Shown here piece by piece: positions 28,527 to 37,292 of a DNA stretch of 64,000 nt. Source of the DNA: a virus. Location: IMG/VR virus record IMGVR_UViG_3300024348_000017, positions 26,869 to 90,868 of that record; one strand, written 5' to 3'. The translations under genes were made by a program, and so were the position numbers. Position 1 is the first letter of the stretch, and each line of letters begins with the position of its first letter. The notes under the pieces are model-generated. The model was not told the DNA's origin and did no database searches. It saw only the letters and a list, made by a program, of their open reading frames with translations.

Positions 28527-28529
28527 GTA

Positions 28530-28763
28530 TTAAACCCATCTATTACCATTTCGGCGTTTAGCTTCTTCAGCTTCTTTAACTCCTTTAACCATTTTAATCC
28601 AGGTTAAAGATACGTCAACAGGAGCTAATACCCAAGCCATAACTAAAACCATTATAGCATCCATTTCTGGGGAGGTTCCGAAATCAATTCCTCTTGTTTT
28701 ATATTTTTTATTTAACTGATAGAAACAGTAAATAATACAAATAATGTAATAACCTAATAACAT
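28530..28763 (-). CDS. small membrane protein
   Basis: two hydrophobic segments; likely start MLLGYY. Confidence 0.5.
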   Translation of the reverse strand: MLLGYYIICIIYCFYQLNKKYKTRGIDFGTSPEMDAIMVLVMAWVLAPVDVSLTWIKMVKGVKEAEEAKRRNGNRWV

Positions 28764-28767
28764 ATAA

Positions 28768-28977
28768 CTATTTTTTAAAGTATTTTTCAAGTGCATCTAT
28801 CTTATCATCAGCATCAACTAACATTGTAAGTGCTTCTTCAGCATTACTATAGAAGTCTTTTGTTGAATGATCACCAATACCAACAGCGTGATTAGATAAT
28901 AAATCTAAACTTAATAATGCTTTTGATTTTTCAGCTATTGCTGATGCCATAAGCATGTCAAATAATTCTTTTTTCAT
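28768..28977 (-). CDS. conserved small phage protein (VGIGDH motif)
   Basis: 69 aa, AVGIGDHS motif. Confidence 0.6.
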   Translation of the reverse strand: MKKELFDMLMASAIAEKSKALLSLDLLSNHAVGIGDHSTKDFYSNAEEALTMLVDADDKIDALEKYFKK

Positions 28978-28990
28978 ATTTTTTATTTTG

Positions 28991-29075
28991 CGGAAAGACA
29001 GGGATTCGAACCCCAGAACCTGTTACAGTTGCCAGTTTTCAAGACTGGTGCATTCAACCACTCTGCCATCTTTCC
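28991..29075 (-). tRNA. tRNA-Ser(UGA)
   Basis: class II cloverleaf, CCAGU-CUUGAAA-ACUGG, G73. Confidence 0.95.
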
Positions 29076-29080
29076 AAGAG

Positions 29081-29178
29081 GATGAGGTTTAGCGGCCAAC
29101 TAAACAAAGTTACTACTTGCTCTCACCTCGAGTTACACGTGACAGTTACGGGTGAATAGGGTTTCGTCAACACTCATC
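29081..29178 (-). ncRNA. putative structured RNA between tRNA-Thr and tRNA-Ser
   Basis: GAUGAG/CUCAUC closing stem and internal hairpins. Confidence 0.35.
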
Positions 29179-29182
29179 TTTG

Positions 29183-29255
29183 ATCCAGAAATAAGAATCG
29201 AACTTACGACCTACTGATTACAAATCAGTTGCTCTACCTGCTGAGCTATTCTGGA
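29183..29255 (-). tRNA. tRNA-Thr(UGU)
   Basis: cloverleaf, ACUGA-UUUGUAA-UCAGU; U1-A72 first pair. Confidence 0.92.
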
Positions 29256-29259
29256 GTTT

Positions 29260-29344
29260 AGAGGATAGGCTCCGCGCCTCTACTAGGGGTTTCCTAATAG
29301 CGTAGACTTTCATGTTATTACCTTCGCATGCTCTCCTACCCTCT
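29260..29344 (-). ncRNA. putative structured RNA (three-way junction)
   Basis: 10-bp closing helix with a G-U pair only on the minus strand. Confidence 0.5.
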
Positions 29345-29353
29345 TTATATTTT

Positions 29354-29459
29354 TAGGAAAGTAGAAGATGGGTGCGTGGACATCTACTTTTACGATTGGC
29401 ATTTCTAACCGATTATATCCGCCCTTCCTACAGTTAAAGGATACGTCCCAATCAACCTA
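29354..29459 (-). ncRNA. putative structured RNA
   Basis: UAGG/CCUA, GAUUGG/CCAAUC and AAAGUAGA/UCUACUUU helices. Confidence 0.55.
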
Positions 29460-29466
29460 ATATCAT

Positions 29467-29537
29467 AACAACTACCTACAATTTTTTAAAGTCGCCTCCT
29501 CGTCATGCGATGGTTATACCTGCGGCAGGTAGTTATT
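29467..29537 (-). ncRNA. putative structured RNA
   Basis: 13-bp closing helix with two G-U pairs on the minus strand. Confidence 0.5.
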
Positions 29538-29542
29538 GTTTG

Positions 29543-29614
29543 TTGCGAGAGAAGGATTCGAACCTCCGACCCCTAGGTTATGAGCCTAGTGAGCTACCCC
29601 TGCTCTATCTCGCG
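29543..29614 (-). tRNA. tRNA-Met(CAU), initiator-like
   Basis: C1:A72 mismatch, CUAGG-CUCAUAA-CCUAG. Confidence 0.92.
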
Positions 29615-29619
29615 GTTTG

Positions 29620-29691
29620 TACTTCCAACGGGATTTGAACCCGTATTACTTCCGTGAAAGGGAAGTGACCTAACCCTTAGTCGATAGAAGC
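29620..29691 (-). tRNA. tRNA-Glu(UUC)
   Basis: cloverleaf, CUUCC-CUUUCAC-GGAAG. Confidence 0.93.
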
Positions 29692-29699
29692 AACTCTAG

Positions 29700-29930
29700 T
29701 TACTCAGCTTCTGGAGTTTCTACTGCTACAATTACTTCTGCAATTTTAGCTTCTGATGCTGATTTAACTTCAAATGCCTCTTCGTCGCGGCTCAATAAAT
29801 ATTGCACTGTGCGGGCTTCCGCCTCAGTTACTGATTGAGCGTCCACTAAGTAGTTTACTGTTTCTTTTTTTACTTTACCATTTTCGTTTTCAATTCTAAA
29901 TTGAACTTTTACGTTGAAATACTGTCCCAT
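29700..29930 (-). CDS. DUF4494 family protein
   Basis: FNVKVQF..ENGKVKKE..YLVDAQSVTEAEAR; real start MGQYF. Confidence 0.8.
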   Translation of the reverse strand: MGQYFNVKVQFRIENENGKVKKETVNYLVDAQSVTEAEARTVQYLLSRDEEAFEVKSASEAKIAEVIVAVETPEAE

Positions 29931-29937
29931 GTTTTTA

Positions 29938-30249
29938 TTAGTTTTGTTTTGTGTATACTGAATAATCGTAGATGTGAGCTCTATATTTGTATAGAACTTT
30001 TTGGAATTTACCACGATTTTTATATTCTTCAATAGATTCACCTTCTCTACGTGATGGGGCAATACCCATATAGTAGTCAATTACATCGTTGTTTAGCTTA
30101 ACTTCATTAGCAAAGAACATCATCTTAGCCATGTTTTGAGATCCAAATGGCTGGTAACCAGCTTTATACATTTGTTTTACTTCAGCTGGTAATTCAAAAC
30201 CAGCAAATTGGTTGTGTAAACCAACATATTGTTTTTTAGGTCCTCCCAT
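29938..30249 (-). CDS. hypothetical protein
   Basis: 103-aa ORF with promoter motif upstream. Confidence 0.6.
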   Translation of the reverse strand: MGGPKKQYVGLHNQFAGFELPAEVKQMYKAGYQPFGSQNMAKMMFFANEVKLNNDVIDYYMGIAPSRREGESIEEYKNRGKFQKVLYKYRAHIYDYSVYTKQN

Positions 30250-30287
30250 ATTTTATAACTTTATTTACGGTAAATATACGACGGGCA

Positions 30288-30887
30288 TTATAATATTCCA
30301 AGTGCTTTCATATTCTCTATTTGATCTTCTGAAAGCTGAAAATCGGGTTCCGCTACATTGTATTTGTTGGTTGTAAAGCTTTCAATCTTATCTACCTGTT
30401 CGGGAGTAAACACATCGCCTATAAGTAAATAATAACAATTATAACATAACAATTCTAAATTATCCAAACGATAATTACGTTTGTTATTATCTTTAAAGTT
30501 AAGTAATAATGGTATTTTATAGTCAGTTACTCTACGCTCGCAGAATCCACAATTACTGCAATCCTCAGCTATTTTATTTTCATAAATTAGTCTATTTTTA
30601 ATCTTTTCAGGATTAAAGTGAGAAGGATCCATTGAACCATTTAATATCTGCTCTAAAGCAGGCTCTTTCTTCTTACCAACTAAATGTTTAGGAATGCCCT
30701 TACCAGATTGGTTTAAGTGGGTATCAAATAATGTTTTACTCGTTTCGTCATCTGTATAGAGCTTAGCATATGCCTTATAATGAGTATAAGAGCAATTTAA
30801 GTAACGAGCAGCTGCTCTATTACTACGAGTATGTCTCATAGCCCTTAAGACATCGTCTTTCGAAAACGGTTTTGGTTTCATTCCCAT
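30288..30887 (-). CDS. HTH + degenerate HNH-like Zn-binding protein
   Basis: CSNCG...LLLNFKDNNKRNYRLDNLELLCYNC; catalytic His apparently absent. Confidence 0.65.
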   Translation of the reverse strand: MGMKPKPFSKDDVLRAMRHTRSNRAAARYLNCSYTHYKAYAKLYTDDETSKTLFDTHLNQSGKGIPKHLVGKKKEPALEQILNGSMDPSHFNPEKIKNRLIYENKIAEDCSNCGFCERRVTDYKIPLLLNFKDNNKRNYRLDNLELLCYNCYYLLIGDVFTPEQVDKIESFTTNKYNVAEPDFQLSEDQIENMKALGIL

Positions 30888-30889
30888 AA

Positions 30890-31303
30890 CTACTTTTTTT
30901 TCTTCAAACCCTCATTGATAACCTGTAGCAATAACCACAATTCATCTGGATTTTGAAGTATTACTTCTTTGCCTGTTGGATCAACTAATACATTTATGCT
31001 TCCGTCTGGATTTAGTCTATCATAAAGATAAAAGAATATTAACTCCGATGCTTCTTTTCCAAAATGCATTACTAATAAATTATCAATAGCATCGTAGAAT
31101 ATATCATCGTATTTATTAAGATCTAATTTAAAATCATTTTCTAAAATGAATGAACGACCATTTGCTTGTTCTAGATTAATTATAACCTTATTAAACAAAT
31201 CTCTAGTAACGTCAGTTTGTGTTTTCTTCCTTCTAGTAAGAGTTGTATCAGAACCTAAAATTAAATCTATTGATTTTTTTGCATCGTCAATATTATCCTC
31301 CAT
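30890..31303 (-). CDS. hypothetical protein
   Basis: 137-aa ORF. Confidence 0.6.
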   Translation of the reverse strand: MEDNIDDAKKSIDLILGSDTTLTRRKKTQTDVTRDLFNKVIINLEQANGRSFILENDFKLDLNKYDDIFYDAIDNLLVMHFGKEASELIFFYLYDRLNPDGSINVLVDPTGKEVILQNPDELWLLLQVINEGLKKKK

Positions 31304-31305
31304 AA

Positions 31306-31614
31306 CTAAATTTGTTTTATTAAATCCCTTATTTCAATACATTTATCGTAATTTTCATCCTCAATATATTGATCTAATATTTTTTCAAGTGTTGGTTGCC
31401 ACTTTTCTTTTTCCAATTCAAGGTACGTAGTTGTTCCTGCTATCTGAAATAAAGGTATGGACTTCTTTTTATTTTTTACTCCTTCCTTAATTGCAAATAT
31501 AGTTTCTTCTATAACTACTTTTCTAATTTCAGGGTGAGAGCTTACTTGCTCATAGGTTACCCCATCGCTAAGTGACACTCTAAACACAGGAATCTTTCTT
31601 TTCATATTCCTCAT
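31306..31614 (-). CDS. protein with C-terminal UVR motif
   Basis: YIEDENYDKCIEIRDLIKQI; similar layout to 27774..28100. Confidence 0.6.
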   Translation of the reverse strand: MRNMKRKIPVFRVSLSDGVTYEQVSSHPEIRKVVIEETIFAIKEGVKNKKKSIPLFQIAGTTTYLELEKEKWQPTLEKILDQYIEDENYDKCIEIRDLIKQI

Positions 31615-31625
31615 TTGTTGTTGAT

Positions 31626-31973
31626 TTATTCAGCTGTAACTTCTTCTTCAGAAGCTGGAGGCGGTAATTCCGCTGCTGGCTCCTCAACTGGTGCCTCTGC
31701 AGGCATTATTGCATTCTTGATCATCAATCTGATGTCTTGAATTGGGATAAGGAATCCAATAACATTATCAAATGGAACATCTGTATCCATGTTTGCAGTC
31801 ATATTATATTGTTGCAAACCTTGATTTAGCTTAGATTGTAACTTTTGAGTCATAGCCGCTTTATCATCACCAACTAATGTTTGTGGTAATACAAATTGTA
31901 CCTTAACACCCTTTTTAGTTGGATTATGGTTTACGTCTACTTTAAGTTTTGGTTTTATGTTCAAATCAGCCAT
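31626..31973 (-). CDS. hypothetical protein
   Basis: 115 aa, acidic Pro/Ala tail. Confidence 0.6.
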   Translation of the reverse strand: MADLNIKPKLKVDVNHNPTKKGVKVQFVLPQTLVGDDKAAMTQKLQSKLNQGLQQYNMTANMDTDVPFDNVIGFLIPIQDIRLMIKNAIMPAEAPVEEPAAELPPPASEEEVTAE

Positions 31974-32003
31974 TATGTTGTGTTTATATATAAATATGTG
32001 AAA

Positions 32004-32546
32004 TTATTCAAGGATCTCATCTACTAAGCCATATCTCTGTGCTACTTTAACATCGAAATACCATTCAGCTTGTTTATCCCTGTGTGGTTTTAATATCTTA
32101 TCTGTGAACTTTGTTTTAGACATAAAGTAAGCATCACACACTTTATCAATACGCACACACTCAGCTAATTCTTGTTTATGAAATGCTACTTTACCTTCAA
32201 CTTCATAATTACCCTCGTGGTACATGAATGTAGCATATTTACTAGCCTGTCTAACATGGCCCGCCGAGAATACTACTAACCCCATTGACATTGCATGACC
32301 ATGACATATTGTGTGGATTGGAGTCTGCGAAGAATCAATTACATCAATTAAAGCCATCCCATTATATATCTCTCCTCCAGGTGAGTTGATAATGAGTTTT
32401 ATTGGGTCTACTATTTGCTTTTTAGCGTCCTCAGCATTAATCTCATATATATCCTGTATGATTTCGTTAACTGTTAGACCATCAATGTATCCTAATGTTA
32501 TAACTCGACTTAACGGGTCTAATTTGGAACGACGCTCTCTTGCCAT
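32004..32546 (-). CDS. clpP: ClpP-family protease subunit
   Basis: LIINSPGG, AMSM (catalytic Ser), FMYH (His), YGLVDEI. Confidence 0.88.
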   Translation of the reverse strand: MARERRSKLDPLSRVITLGYIDGLTVNEIIQDIYEINAEDAKKQIVDPIKLIINSPGGEIYNGMALIDVIDSSQTPIHTICHGHAMSMGLVVFSAGHVRQASKYATFMYHEGNYEVEGKVAFHKQELAECVRIDKVCDAYFMSKTKFTDKILKPHRDKQAEWYFDVKVAQRYGLVDEILE

Positions 32547-32582
32547 AAATTATAAATTTTCTCTTATAAATATAAGTCCAAA

Positions 32583-33365
32583 TTATTGCTTAAACAAAGG
32601 AGGGTAATTTGAATTTGTTTCGCCGTTTCTATACCCGTAAAAACCCCATTTATATTTAAAATACTCGTGGCATTCTCTTTCAATTAATCCCTTCTGATAC
32701 GTCACTTCTGGTTCTATTTTTCTAGTACCTACTGATACGAAATGGTAGAAGTGGGTATTATAAGTTCTCTTCATCTCCATTCCCGACATTTCACATTGCA
32801 TAAAGAACTCCCAATCAACTACCCAAGGACCAGGATATGTTTCATCCCAACCTCCAACTTGAAGATATTTAGTTTTATTCATGAATATAGGAAGAGTTGA
32901 ACCACAATTATCAGATTCTTTTCTATTAATTGTTGATGTATAATCCCAAAAACTAACAAGATCAAAATCCTCTACACTCCCAAGTGGATGAACTACAAAC
33001 TGCTTAAATATTCCTGGATTAGGTTCTATTTGATTTGGAGCCCAAACAATATTTGGGTCATATATTTCTTCTAACTTAGCGTCCCAATCTTTATCAAATA
33101 CGTTATCATCATTTGCAATTAATATTTTATCTGATGTTGCGTTATATACTCCAAAGTTAGTTGCTGTATTCAATCCTCTATTTTCAGGTAAATTAAGTAC
33201 ATCAATATGTTTAGAATATTTATCTAATACCTCTTTATTAATATCGTAAAAACCATCTACAACTACTATAATTTGATTTTTATGAGCAGCCCCATTGATT
33301 GCTGAATTTAGACATACGTCTAAAGCATGGGGTTCTTTATATGTTGGGATTATTACTGATATCAT
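32583..33365 (-). CDS. glycosyltransferase family 2
   Basis: ISVIIPTY, VVVDG, NDD, VGGWDE. Confidence 0.88.
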   Translation of the reverse strand: MISVIIPTYKEPHALDVCLNSAINGAAHKNQIIVVVDGFYDINKEVLDKYSKHIDVLNLPENRGLNTATNFGVYNATSDKILIANDDNVFDKDWDAKLEEIYDPNIVWAPNQIEPNPGIFKQFVVHPLGSVEDFDLVSFWDYTSTINRKESDNCGSTLPIFMNKTKYLQVGGWDETYPGPWVVDWEFFMQCEMSGMEMKRTYNTHFYHFVSVGTRKIEPEVTYQKGLIERECHEYFKYKWGFYGYRNGETNSNYPPLFKQ

Positions 33366-34240
33366 TATTTATTATTTAAAATCATTTCAATTCTTTCTTC
33401 TAATGTATATTTCGGCTTGTAAATTGAATTAAATAAAGATGGATCACAAACTCTATACGATACACCTATTGGTTTTCCTATTAAGTGTTTTATTCCATTA
33501 GTAGGAGTATGACCACTTATTTCAAACATTGTTTTTGCTAAATCGTTAAATGAAGTTGCAATACCACTTCCTAAATTTAGTGCATCAACTTCAACATCAT
33601 TATCAACTACAGTCATAACCGCTTCAACTATATCATCCATATGAATGAAGTCTCTAACTTGAGTACCATCTCCCCAAATTTCAAATTCATCAACTTTACG
33701 ATTAATTCTATCTATAAAGGAAGGGAATGGATAAGTTAAATCTTGGTCGATACCATATCCACTAAACGGTCTAAATACATAGACTTTAGTTCCACTTTGT
33801 CTTACAAATTTAGCTAAATATTCTCCTGTTAACTTAGACCACCCATAAGTGTAGTCAGGTAATCTTATATCATCTAAATTAATATCACTTTCTTTTAACT
33901 GATATTTTAATTCAGGTAATTGTAAGTGAACTGGGTAAGCAGCGCTACTACTAAAGTATACTACTCGTTTTTGTTTTGTCTTAATTACCCAATTAAAGAA
34001 CTCAGAATCAATTGATAGATCAGTTGCTACGGATAATGGTTCGTTTTCAATAGTTTCTCTCCCACCAACAATAGCAGCTAAATGAATAACTAAATCAAAT
34101 ACTTGATTTGACTGTTTGAAATAATCTCTACAATCATTTCCTTCTTTTAAATCTATTCCTAAAATTTCATGTTTACCATTGAAATATTTTAAAAATGATC
34201 TACCAACAAAACCTAAATGACCTGTTATTAATATTTTCAT
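33365..34240 (-). CDS. NAD-dependent epimerase/dehydratase
   Basis: ITGHLGFVG, HLAA, SSSAAY, YGWSK, RDFIH. Confidence 0.92.
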   Translation of the reverse strand: MKILITGHLGFVGRSFLKYFNGKHEILGIDLKEGNDCRDYFKQSNQVFDLVIHLAAIVGGRETIENEPLSVATDLSIDSEFFNWVIKTKQKRVVYFSSSAAYPVHLQLPELKYQLKESDINLDDIRLPDYTYGWSKLTGEYLAKFVRQSGTKVYVFRPFSGYGIDQDLTYPFPSFIDRINRKVDEFEIWGDGTQVRDFIHMDDIVEAVMTVVDNDVEVDALNLGSGIATSFNDLAKTMFEISGHTPTNGIKHLIGKPIGVSYRVCDPSLFNSIYKPKYTLEERIEMILNNK

Positions 34241-35106
34241 TTTATAATCTTTTTATATAGTTCAATATGTTGATTAGCTACATACCTTGAATTGCACATT
34301 TCTTTAATATTATCTGGTAGGGTTGTTTCTATTTCTGTTAAATTTCCATTAACATCAATTAAGTAAATATAACCAGGAACATCGCAACACCATCCTTCTA
34401 AAGTAGTTCTTCCTAATAATATACCTGCTGTAAAGTCCATATGTTTTACAACATTTTCAGTATCCCATCTTGTATTAATATACTTTATGTTTGAGTGCTT
34501 AAAATCATGTTTACTATTACTCATTAAGTATAAATCCCAATCATTTTCTATACAGCTGTCTACTAAATGAGAGACTGCTTTGAAACGAATTGGATCTAAA
34601 ACTTCACCAACAAATATACCACTCGTTTTTTCATTTTTAGTAACACCCTCTGAATTGAATCTGCTTTGATCAATTGGATTGTAAATTAAAGATATTTTAT
34701 CTTTTGGTATTCCATATTCATTTATCAACATATCTGTAATAGGCTTCCTAATAGATATGTAGTGAGATATATTTTCATCCAGTATAGGAGTTTCACTTCT
34801 AATTTCTGAGTGTATTACACTAATGAGAGGAGTTCCTTTAAAATATTGAATTATGAAAGCATTTACTTGAGGTTGACTTGCTAATATGATATCAAATTTT
34901 TCATTTATATCAAGTGTTTTTGCGTCAATTTGTCTTATCCCTAATTCGTCTATTCTCTTTCTAACAGAATCGTTTTTATCAATATCTCTTAATGAAAATA
35001 AGGTAACATTGTTACCTAATGAATGTAGTTCTCTAACCAATTCATAATGGTACATTTCACTTCCTCCGAAACCATTAACGTTTAGACAACAGACTAATAT
35101 TTTCAT
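34237..35106 (-). CDS. GT-B fold glycosyltransferase (GT4-like)
   Basis: GGSE N-terminal motif, IYNPID, GRTTLEG. Confidence 0.7.
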   Translation of the reverse strand: MKILVCCLNVNGFGGSEMYHYELVRELHSLGNNVTLFSLRDIDKNDSVRKRIDELGIRQIDAKTLDINEKFDIILASQPQVNAFIIQYFKGTPLISVIHSEIRSETPILDENISHYISIRKPITDMLINEYGIPKDKISLIYNPIDQSRFNSEGVTKNEKTSGIFVGEVLDPIRFKAVSHLVDSCIENDWDLYLMSNSKHDFKHSNIKYINTRWDTENVVKHMDFTAGILLGRTTLEGWCCDVPGYIYLIDVNGNLTEIETTLPDNIKEMCNSRYVANQHIELYKKIIK

Positions 35107-35690
35107 TATTTCCCCTTTGCAATAATATATTGAAAGTAATCTTTATGATGTAGTGTTACATCCCAACCTGAGGCAATAAACATTTCCTTATATGAATCAC
35201 CATTAAATACCCATAAATGAAATGGAGCATGATATGAAGGAGTTTCATAATCAGGGGATGAGGCAATTATATATTTAACTCCATTATCTAATAATCTTTT
35301 TATAAAAGCATCTGGGTCTACTAAATGTTCCAATACTTCTGTAGCAATTGCTATATCCGGAAATTCAATAGATTCATTTACAAAGTCTAAATATTTTATA
35401 TTTTCAGAGTTCCCTTTCTGTACAGCGTCTTCAATATTAGTAGGTTGTAAGTCATATCCCCAAATTTTATTAGGTAATTTACTTTCTATTTCTCTAATAA
35501 GACCTCCATTCCCACATCCAAAATCAGCAATAGTAGTCTCTGAATTATCTCCTACTATCTGAATCAGATATTCTAGGACTTGCATTAATCTTGGTCTATG
35601 ATTATCTTGATTTATATGATCTGCTAATTCTCTACTTTTATACCACTCAGCGTCATGTGAATGGGGTTGATCAAATGTTTTATATCTCAT
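35106..35690 (-). CDS. class I SAM-dependent methyltransferase
   Basis: ADFGCGNG, TEVLEHL. Confidence 0.88.
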   Translation of the reverse strand: MRYKTFDQPHSHDAEWYKSRELADHINQDNHRPRLMQVLEYLIQIVGDNSETTIADFGCGNGGLIREIESKLPNKIWGYDLQPTNIEDAVQKGNSENIKYLDFVNESIEFPDIAIATEVLEHLVDPDAFIKRLLDNGVKYIIASSPDYETPSYHAPFHLWVFNGDSYKEMFIASGWDVTLHHKDYFQYIIAKGK

Positions 35691-36360
35691 ATAAACTTTT
35701 TACTTTATTAACATCGTTTGGAAAATCATTTCCACTTCTATAAACAGCGTATGCTTGTTGATCTATATAAGCTACTGAAGCAGCATCAACATATTGAGAA
35801 TCTCTTTCTGCTTTGCCATTATCTGGATGGACATGTTCAAATGTAACGTTATCAAAGTATTTTATTATGTTTAGGTTATTTCCTAAATCCAACCAAAAAT
35901 TATCAGCATACATGTGAAGTAAACATTCAGGAACCATAAATCCTAATACATCTACTATATTTGAAGTTAAACAAACTGCAGTAGGTAATTTAGCACCTTG
36001 TAATAAGTCATTACCATAGGCAATACCTATACCGTTGTTGCTTTCAAAATAACTAATGAATTGTGATTCCCATTTAGTTCTAATAATATGATCATCTCCA
36101 AAGAAAGCAACATACTTGTATGAATCTTTATATTTCATAGCAATTTGATTCAATGTAGGAATCATTCTAATTCTAGGATTTACCTCATATATAACTCCTT
36201 CTCTAACAGGATACTTGTGAGCATCATCATCATCTAAAGCTATACATAAATCACTAAACCCTTCAGTGTTTAATTTCCAATTTTCAATAAATCTATCTAC
36301 ATTTGGATATCTTTCACTATCTCCACTTCTTGATGGAACTATAATTAATATATCTTTCAT
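35680..36360 (-). CDS. glycosyltransferase family 2-like
   Basis: IIVPSR, GDDH, HMYADN, EHVHP; start MKDIL. Confidence 0.78.
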   Translation of the reverse strand: MKDILIIVPSRSGDSERYPNVDRFIENWKLNTEGFSDLCIALDDDDAHKYPVREGVIYEVNPRIRMIPTLNQIAMKYKDSYKYVAFFGDDHIIRTKWESQFISYFESNNGIGIAYGNDLLQGAKLPTAVCLTSNIVDVLGFMVPECLLHMYADNFWLDLGNNLNIIKYFDNVTFEHVHPDNGKAERDSQYVDAASVAYIDQQAYAVYRSGNDFPNDVNKVKSLYEI

Positions 36361-36361
36361 T

Positions 36362-36793
36362 TTAGTCTTGTTTAAAATATTCAATATAATTTAATGCTTC
36401 CATATATGTGCTTCCAAAATGCTGGATAGTTTTCATATCAGCTTTGTGAGTAGCGCCTTCAGGAAATTTAGATTTTTCTTCTTCAGTAACTAAAGTTGCT
36501 TTAACTCCAGCCCAATTCCAAGTATTGTCAACTAAATCAACGAATACCATTCCTTTAGTTGGGTGGTTAATTGTTGAAGGATACCAATAATATCCGTTTT
36601 TATCTAACTTTTTAATAGCTCTATATAGTTCGGGTATTACTGCTTCTGTTTTTTCTAAATCAACAGTTTCAATATGCTGATTTGAGTTTGAAGCAAATCC
36701 ACAGCCGAAGCAATGCCATAATTTCTTTTGCTCTTGTTCTACTTCATAGCAGAAATCTGATTCACAAACAGGGCATGTTATTAACTTATCCAT
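36362..36793 (-). CDS. Zn-ribbon protein
   Basis: CPVC...CFGCG. Confidence 0.6.
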   Translation of the reverse strand: MDKLITCPVCESDFCYEVEQEQKKLWHCFGCGFASNSNQHIETVDLEKTEAVIPELYRAIKKLDKNGYYWYPSTINHPTKGMVFVDLVDNTWNWAGVKATLVTEEEKSKFPEGATHKADMKTIQHFGSTYMEALNYIEYFKQD

Positions 36794-36980
36794 TTAATTG
36801 TTGTTTTGTTGTTGTTGAATTTAGACCTAGTTTTTCTATTTCAATTTTATAAGTACTAGGTTCATCATTTACGTTTGCTAGTTTTTCTTTTAACAGATCC
36901 CATTGTTTTGGGGTTATATTAAAGTCATGTACTCCTTCTGTAAATCCTTTTAACCAAAGGATAAATTCTTTACTTGTCAT
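36786..36980 (-). CDS. hypothetical protein
   Basis: 64 aa, FILWLKGF motif. Confidence 0.55.
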   Translation of the reverse strand: MTSKEFILWLKGFTEGVHDFNITPKQWDLLKEKLANVNDEPSTYKIEIEKLGLNSTTTKQQLNG

Positions 36981-36985
36981 TATTT

Positions 36986-37291
36986 TTATGCTAAAGGTGA
37001 TTCTTTAATTCTTTTTTCAGTATCTTCTTTAATTATTGATATAATTTTTGTTTGAGCTTCTTTTGATAATAGAGATAAATTGTGTGTTGAAATATCTTCT
37101 CTATCAAATTCTAAACTCGAGTACAATGATAAATCTTGTGGAATTACCAATGATTTAATTTTATTTGAATATGGTTGATTTGATGGTCTTTCAATTATTT
37201 TTTTAGCTCTTGCTATAAATTGTTCGTCAAATAATGGTTTTTCTTTTTTTCCAAACCATTTGTTAAATATTTTTTTTATAAAATTTATCAT
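36986..37291 (-). CDS. hypothetical protein
   Basis: 101-aa ORF. Confidence 0.5.
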   Translation of the reverse strand: MINFIKKIFNKWFGKKEKPLFDEQFIARAKKIIERPSNQPYSNKIKSLVIPQDLSLYSSLEFDREDISTHNLSLLSKEAQTKIISIIKEDTEKRIKESPLA

Positions 37292-37292
37292 A

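Noticed and set aside
29160-29182. Hammerhead-like GAUGAG...CGAAAC on the minus strand
   Set aside because: The core reads AAGAUGA rather than CUGAUGA, and flanking stems I/III are not evident.
29260-29290. Lysine riboswitch-like AGUAGAGGCGC
   Set aside because: The motif lies at the 3' end of an 85-nt element; the rest of the riboswitch and a downstream lysine gene are absent.
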